Below are positions 59,689 to 64,000 of a stretch of 64,000 nt of DNA, piece after piece (position 1 is the first letter of the stretch; each line of letters starts with the position of its first letter). Source of the DNA: an uncultured Gemmatimonadales bacterium (lineage in GTDB: Bacteria > Gemmatimonadota > Gemmatimonadetes > Longimicrobiales > RSA9). The notes under the pieces were generated by a model, which was not told the origin of the DNA, did no database searches, and was given only the letters and a program-made list of their open reading frames with translations. The stretch covers positions 96,001 to 160,000 of the forward strand of contig CAVUKA010000003.1 of the NCBI GenBank assembly GCA_963741945.1, read 5' to 3'. The position numbers were made by a program, and so were the translations under genes.

Positions 59689-61122
59689 TCAGGCATGCGC
59701 GGGCGCATCTCCCCCGAGCGCCCATCGGACCGCGGCGACGAGCGCTTCCTCGTCCTCCGGTGCGATCGTTCGCGGGTCCAGGAGGAGCCGCCCGGCATGG
59801 ACCCGGCCGACCACCGGCGGATCCGCCGCGCGCAGCTCCCGCGCCAGCTCCTCGACGCTGCCGCCCACGGGCTCCAGCGAGACGACGATCGTGGCCAGCC
59901 CGGTCCCGGGCAGCGCGCCGCCCCCGACGGCGGAGCGCGCTTCCATCGTCGCCACCGCGACGCCGACCGCTTCCAGCCGCCGCGCGAGCCCTTCGGCCCG
60001 CTGTCGCAGGTCGGCTGTGGTGGCCGCGAGCATGCGCAATGCGGGGACACGGCTCAGGGGCTCGCCTCCCGGCCGGTACAGGGCCAGCGTGGCTTCCAGC
60101 GCGGCCAGGGTCATCTTGTCGGGCCGCAGCGCGCGAGCGAGCGGGTTGGCCCGCAGCCGCGCGACCATGTCCTCCCGCCCGAGCAGGATCCCCGCCTGCG
60201 GGCCGCCCAGCAGCTTGTCACCACTCATGGAAACGAGATCCGCGCCCGCCGCCACGGCCTCGGAAGCTGTGGTCTCGTGAGGGAGTCCGAGCGTCTCCAG
60301 GTCTATCAGCGCGCCGGAGCCCAGGTCGTGCACCACGGGAACGCCGCGCGCCCGTCCCAGCGCCACAAGCTCCGGCACGGCCACTTCCGTCGTGAATCCC
60401 TCGACGCGGAAGTTGGACCGGTGGACTTTCAGCATCACGCCGGTCTCCTCCCCCACCGCCGCCTCGTAATCCCGAAGGTGCGTGCGGTTCGTCGTGCCGA
60501 CCTCGCGCATCCGGACGCCGCTCCGTTCCATGATCTCCGGCACGCGGAATGACCCGCCGATCTCCACCAGTTCCCCCCGGCTGATCACGCCCTCCCGCCC
60601 GCGCGCCACGGTGTTGAGCGCCAGCACCAGCGCTGCGGCGTTGTTGTTCACCACGAGCGCCGCCTCTGCGCCCGTCAGCTCGCGCAGCAGGCCCACACAG
60701 TGGTCGTGCCGCGAGCCGCGCCGTCCTTCCTCGAGATCATACTCGAGGCTCGCATAGGAGCTGGCGTCCAGCACCGCCCGGACGGCTTCCGCCGCGAGCG
60801 GGGCGCGCCCAAGGTTCGTGTGCAGGACCACGCCCGTGGCGTTGATGACCCGCCGCAGCGACGGGGCGTCCGCCCGCGTCAGCCTCGCCTCCGCCGCCGC
60901 CGCGTACCACGATGCGTCCGATGGGGGCTCCGATTCTTCGGCCGCCCGCGAACCACCATCAATGTCGTCGGCCATGCGCCCGAGCCGCTCCCGCAGTTCC
61001 GCCTGGACCTCCCGGAGCGCTGCCACCGCCCGCTCTCTTCCCCAGCGCGCCACCACCGGCTCCAGTGCACGGGCTTCCAGCAGCGCGTCCACGGATGGGA
61101 TGCGGCGCCTCGGGTCCGTCAC
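59689..61122 (-). CDS. selA: L-seryl-tRNA(Sec) selenium transferase
   Basis: INATGVVLHTNLGRAPL, VVNNNAAA, SRGELVEIGGSFRVP, DLGSG, SGDKLLGGPQAG; GTG overlaps the upstream stop. Confidence 0.95.
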   Translation of the reverse strand: MTDPRRRIPSVDALLEARALEPVVARWGRERAVAALREVQAELRERLGRMADDIDGGSRAAEESEPPSDASWYAAAAEARLTRADAPSLRRVINATGVVLHTNLGRAPLAAEAVRAVLDASSYASLEYDLEEGRRGSRHDHCVGLLRELTGAEAALVVNNNAAALVLALNTVARGREGVISRGELVEIGGSFRVPEIMERSGVRMREVGTTNRTHLRDYEAAVGEETGVMLKVHRSNFRVEGFTTEVAVPELVALGRARGVPVVHDLGSGALIDLETLGLPHETTASEAVAAGADLVSMSGDKLLGGPQAGILLGREDMVARLRANPLARALRPDKMTLAALEATLALYRPGGEPLSRVPALRMLAATTADLRQRAEGLARRLEAVGVAVATMEARSAVGGGALPGTGLATIVVSLEPVGGSVEELARELRAADPPVVGRVHAGRLLLDPRTIAPEDEEALVAAVRWALGGDAPAHA

Positions 61123-62606
61123 CGGCCCGGCCACCTGCCACCTCCGCTGGACGCCGGGGCCGCGGCGGGCGCACGTTGCGGCATCGCGCCCCCCGTATCG
61201 GGCGGGAGTGTCCCTGCGGGACGAGGCGGAACGGCGCTTCCCGTGTCGGGCGACGGGGGCACGGCACCGGGCGGCACCGCGGAGCCGGCGCTGTCCCGCG
61301 GGGCGGGTCCGGGCCCGCTCGCCGCCGCCGTGTCCGCGGGTGCCCACCGGGGCGTGCGGAACCGTACGCTGCCCCCGCCGCCGGGCACGTCCCGGATGTT
61401 CGTCGCCCCCGAGACCGAGACCACGTAAGTGGTATCCGGGATCAGCGGGCGATCCAGGAGCAGGATCAGCTCACGTGAGGGGAGTGGCTTTGTCGGGCTC
61501 CCGTTTCCCGCCGCTGCGCGCCGGCCACCCGCGGCCGCGTTGAGCGCTCCCGCCCGCGTCACGGGCGCGCGGGAGGCGAGTGTGTCGGAGCGGACCCTGG
61601 TGGTGTCCGCGAACGCGCGGGCCGTATCCGCGAACGCGCGGGCCGTGTCCGCCCCGGCGCTGGCGCTATCTGCGGCGGCCCGTGCGGAGTCGGCCACCGC
61701 CTGCTCCGCCGCACGGATCGAATCGAGCACCGCGGACTGAACGAGGCGGCCGGTCCCGGCCGGGACGCTGTCCGGGAGCAGGAAGACCGCGGCCTGGCCT
61801 GCGACGGGCGCGGCCGCGAAGAAATCGTCGAACTGGAGGCGGAGCTGGACGGAGTCCACCGGCTCGGCCCGGACCAGCCTGGCCGGCGTGCTGTCCCGTG
61901 GCAGCAACGCCATTTCCAGGACTGCGGTGTCGCCCGCCGCGATGCTGAACGCGGCCGTGTCCTGTGGCTCGGCGAAGTCCTCCGCCCGGTCGCCGTCCGG
62001 GTCCAGCCACGCCCGGACGTCATACGTACCGGCCGGGACGTAGCGCATGGCGAAGAACCCGGCGGTGTCCGTGACGGCCACGTACCTGGGGCCGCTGTCT
62101 CCGCGCACGGCCTCCACTCGCGCCATCGCCACCGGCTTCCCCGTGAGCCGATCCCTCACGAACCCGGCGACCCCCGTCTCCTCGAACGGCGCACCGGTGC
62201 TGAAGACCAGTTCGATCGGCGTGGTTCGCCGATTGTTGAACAGGTCACGCAGCACGGGGAGGACCACCACCCGGTAGACGAGGTCCCTCTGCCATCCGTC
62301 GGAGAGGGAGATCTCGATGGCCCGCCGGCCCCGCTTCGCCTTCACGGCCCCGGTCTCGGGCGAGACCAGCACCGCGGACCGCAGATTCGGCACACCCTCC
62401 AGGTGCTCGCTGATCCGTTCGTCGAACCGGATCACCACGGGGTCATCCAGGTCCTTCAGCGTGTCGAAGGGCAGGGGCGTCACGGACACCACTCGCGGCG
62501 GCGACTTGTCCGGCTGGCCGCCCGGAGGCGCCTTGGGCTGAGCGCACGCCGCGCTCGCCGCGACCGCCGCGACGACGAGCCACGGCGATGCGGCGCCACC
62601 CTTCAT
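61119..62606 (-). CDS. Ig-like (Big_5) domain lipoprotein with low-complexity insertions
   Basis: Lipobox SAAC; CAQPKAPPGGQPDKSPP, IRFDERI, FSTG; carboxypeptidase-regulatory-like segment; coupled to valS and selA. Confidence 0.75.
   Translation of the reverse strand: MKGGAASPWLVVAAVAASAACAQPKAPPGGQPDKSPPRVVSVTPLPFDTLKDLDDPVVIRFDERISEHLEGVPNLRSAVLVSPETGAVKAKRGRRAIEISLSDGWQRDLVYRVVVLPVLRDLFNNRRTTPIELVFSTGAPFEETGVAGFVRDRLTGKPVAMARVEAVRGDSGPRYVAVTDTAGFFAMRYVPAGTYDVRAWLDPDGDRAEDFAEPQDTAAFSIAAGDTAVLEMALLPRDSTPARLVRAEPVDSVQLRLQFDDFFAAAPVAGQAAVFLLPDSVPAGTGRLVQSAVLDSIRAAEQAVADSARAAADSASAGADTARAFADTARAFADTTRVRSDTLASRAPVTRAGALNAAAGGRRAAAGNGSPTKPLPSRELILLLDRPLIPDTTYVVSVSGATNIRDVPGGGGSVRFRTPRWAPADTAAASGPGPAPRDSAGSAVPPGAVPPSPDTGSAVPPRPAGTLPPDTGGAMPQRAPAAAPASSGGGRWPGR
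61603..61652. repeat. 21-bp tandem repeat (about 2.4 copies) encoding ADTARAF
   Basis: GTGTCCGCGAACGCGCGGGCC / GTATCCGCGAACGCGCGGGCC / GTGTCCGC. Confidence 0.85.
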
Positions 62607-64000
62607 GCCAGCGCCGTCAGCTTGCGCGCGAGCCGGTCCCGCTGGTCTGCCAGGCTCGCCGCCTTCTCCCGCTCCCTCGCCACCACCTCTTCCGGGGCGC
62701 GCTCCACGAACTGCGCATTCCCGAGCCGCTTCTCCGTGGACGACAGCAGCCCGTCCACCCGCTCGAGCTCGCCCCGCAGCCGCTCCCGCTCACGCGCCAG
62801 GTCGATCAGCCCCTCCAGCGGGACGAACAGTTCCGCGCCCGACTGGAGCACCGCGTGCGCGCCCGCACCCCGCTTCCCCGTGCCATCCAGGAGCAGCGAT
62901 CCGACGCCCGCAAGCCGACGCAGTGACCGCTTCTCGATCTCTGCCGCGCGCCGCAGCGCGGACGGCGCGTCCGCCAGCTCCACCGTCACTTCCGCCTTCG
63001 CCGGCACGTCGTACTCGGCGCGGATCGAGCGGACCGCATTGATCAGCTCCTGCAGAGAGCGCATCTCGCGTTCTGCTTCCGCACTCTCGCGCTCCGGCCT
63101 CGGCTCCGGCCACGCCGCGATCATCAGCGAATCGGCGCGCGCCACGTCTTCCGGCCACGGGAGGCGGCGCCAGAGCGACTCCGTGATGAAGGGCATGATC
63201 GGGTGCAGCAGCCGGAAAACACCGTCCAGCACGGCCACCAGCGTGGCCTTGGCGGCCTCCCGGCTCCCCTCCCCCGATTCGCCCAGCATCCGCACCTTCA
63301 CCAGCTCCAGGTACCAGTCCGCCACCTCGGCCCAGAAGAACGAGTGCACGGCGTCCGCCGCCTCGTGCAGCCGATAGCTTTCCAGCGCAGCGTCCACTCG
63401 CCTCGTGGTGCTGGACAGGCGGGACAGGATCCACCGGTCCGCCAGCTCCAGTCGGTCCTGCACCGCCTCGGGTGTCTTTACGGGCTCGTCGCCCAGGTTC
63501 ATGAGCGCGAAACGTCCCGCGTTCCACAGCTTGTTCGCGAAGTTGCGCCCGGGCGCGAACGCTTCCTCCAGGTCCTCGTAATTGAGCTGGATGTCCGTGC
63601 CCACCGCCGCGCCCGCCACCACCGTGTAGCGCAGCGCGTCCGCGCCGAAGCGCTCCACCACTTCCAGCGGGTCGATGCCGTTGCCCAGCGACTTCGACAT
63701 CTTCCGCCCGTGATGGTCACGCACGGTGGCATGGAGCAGAACGTCCGTGAACGGCGGCTCGCCCATGAACTCGTACCCGGCCATGATCATCCGGGCCACC
63801 CAGAAGAACAGGATCTCTGGGGCGGTCGAGAGCGTGTTCGTCGGATAGAACGCCCGCAGATCCTCCGTCTCCTCCGGCCATCCCATGGTGCTGAACGGCC
63901 AGAGCCAGCTGCTGAACCACGTGTCCAGCACGTCCGGGTCCTGCTCCAGCTCCGTCCCGCCGCACTTCGGACACGCCGTCGGGTCTTCCCGCGCGACGAT
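62603..64000 (-). CDS. valS: Valine-tRNA ligase, C-terminal part (runs off right edge)
   Basis: DVLDTWFSS, ILFFWVARM, KMSKSLGN, FANKLWNA, LHPIMPFITE, C-terminal coiled coil FVERAPEEVV. Confidence 0.96.
   Translation of the reverse strand: MVAREDPTACPKCGGTELEQDPDVLDTWFSSWLWPFSTMGWPEETEDLRAFYPTNTLSTAPEILFFWVARMIMAGYEFMGEPPFTDVLLHATVRDHHGRKMSKSLGNGIDPLEVVERFGADALRYTVVAGAAVGTDIQLNYEDLEEAFAPGRNFANKLWNAGRFALMNLGDEPVKTPEAVQDRLELADRWILSRLSSTTRRVDAALESYRLHEAADAVHSFFWAEVADWYLELVKVRMLGESGEGSREAAKATLVAVLDGVFRLLHPIMPFITESLWRRLPWPEDVARADSLMIAAWPEPRPERESAEAEREMRSLQELINAVRSIRAEYDVPAKAEVTVELADAPSALRRAAEIEKRSLRRLAGVGSLLLDGTGKRGAGAHAVLQSGAELFVPLEGLIDLARERERLRGELERVDGLLSSTEKRLGNAQFVERAPEEVVAREREKAASLADQRDRLARKLTALA

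Overview
High-GC (about 70% by eye), gene-dense bacterial chromosome segment. Gene content and protein style suggest Gemmatimonadota, but that is an inference. I found no rRNA, tRNA, CRISPR array, integrase or transposase. Left to right: the start of a Hyb-type [NiFe]-hydrogenase operon (hybO-hybA-hybB, running off the left edge); two saccharopine-dehydrogenase-family genes flanking a cold-shock gene with a structured leader; FKBP, a metallophosphoesterase, TlpA and aceK; small envelope/redox genes; ligD plus a stand-alone LigD-type polymerase; and a degenerate ctaA. An ~18 kb co-directional respiratory supercluster follows: alternative complex III (actABCDEF plus an actG-like gene), an A2-type caa3-like oxidase (coxBACD), a 40-aa membrane ORF absent from the ORF track, and a diheme-NorC nitric oxide reductase (norCBQD). 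Next is an uncharacterised, tightly coupled operon (ASRT, TPP enzyme, enolase-family enzyme, FAD/Fe-S oxidoreductase, GH15, His-containing membrane protein) with a nearby SDR, then transport and lipid genes. A housekeeping block ends the window (purH, purN, MBL hydrolase, histidine kinase, iscA, gmhB, selA, Ig-like lipoprotein, partial valS). Single-base frameshifts interrupt coxC and norC; these may be assembly errors. The best candidates for undescribed biology are the ACIII-oxidase-NOR supercluster with its small accessory protein and operator, and the ASRT-led sugar/acid oxidation operon. All calls come from motif recognition by eye; no searches were run.
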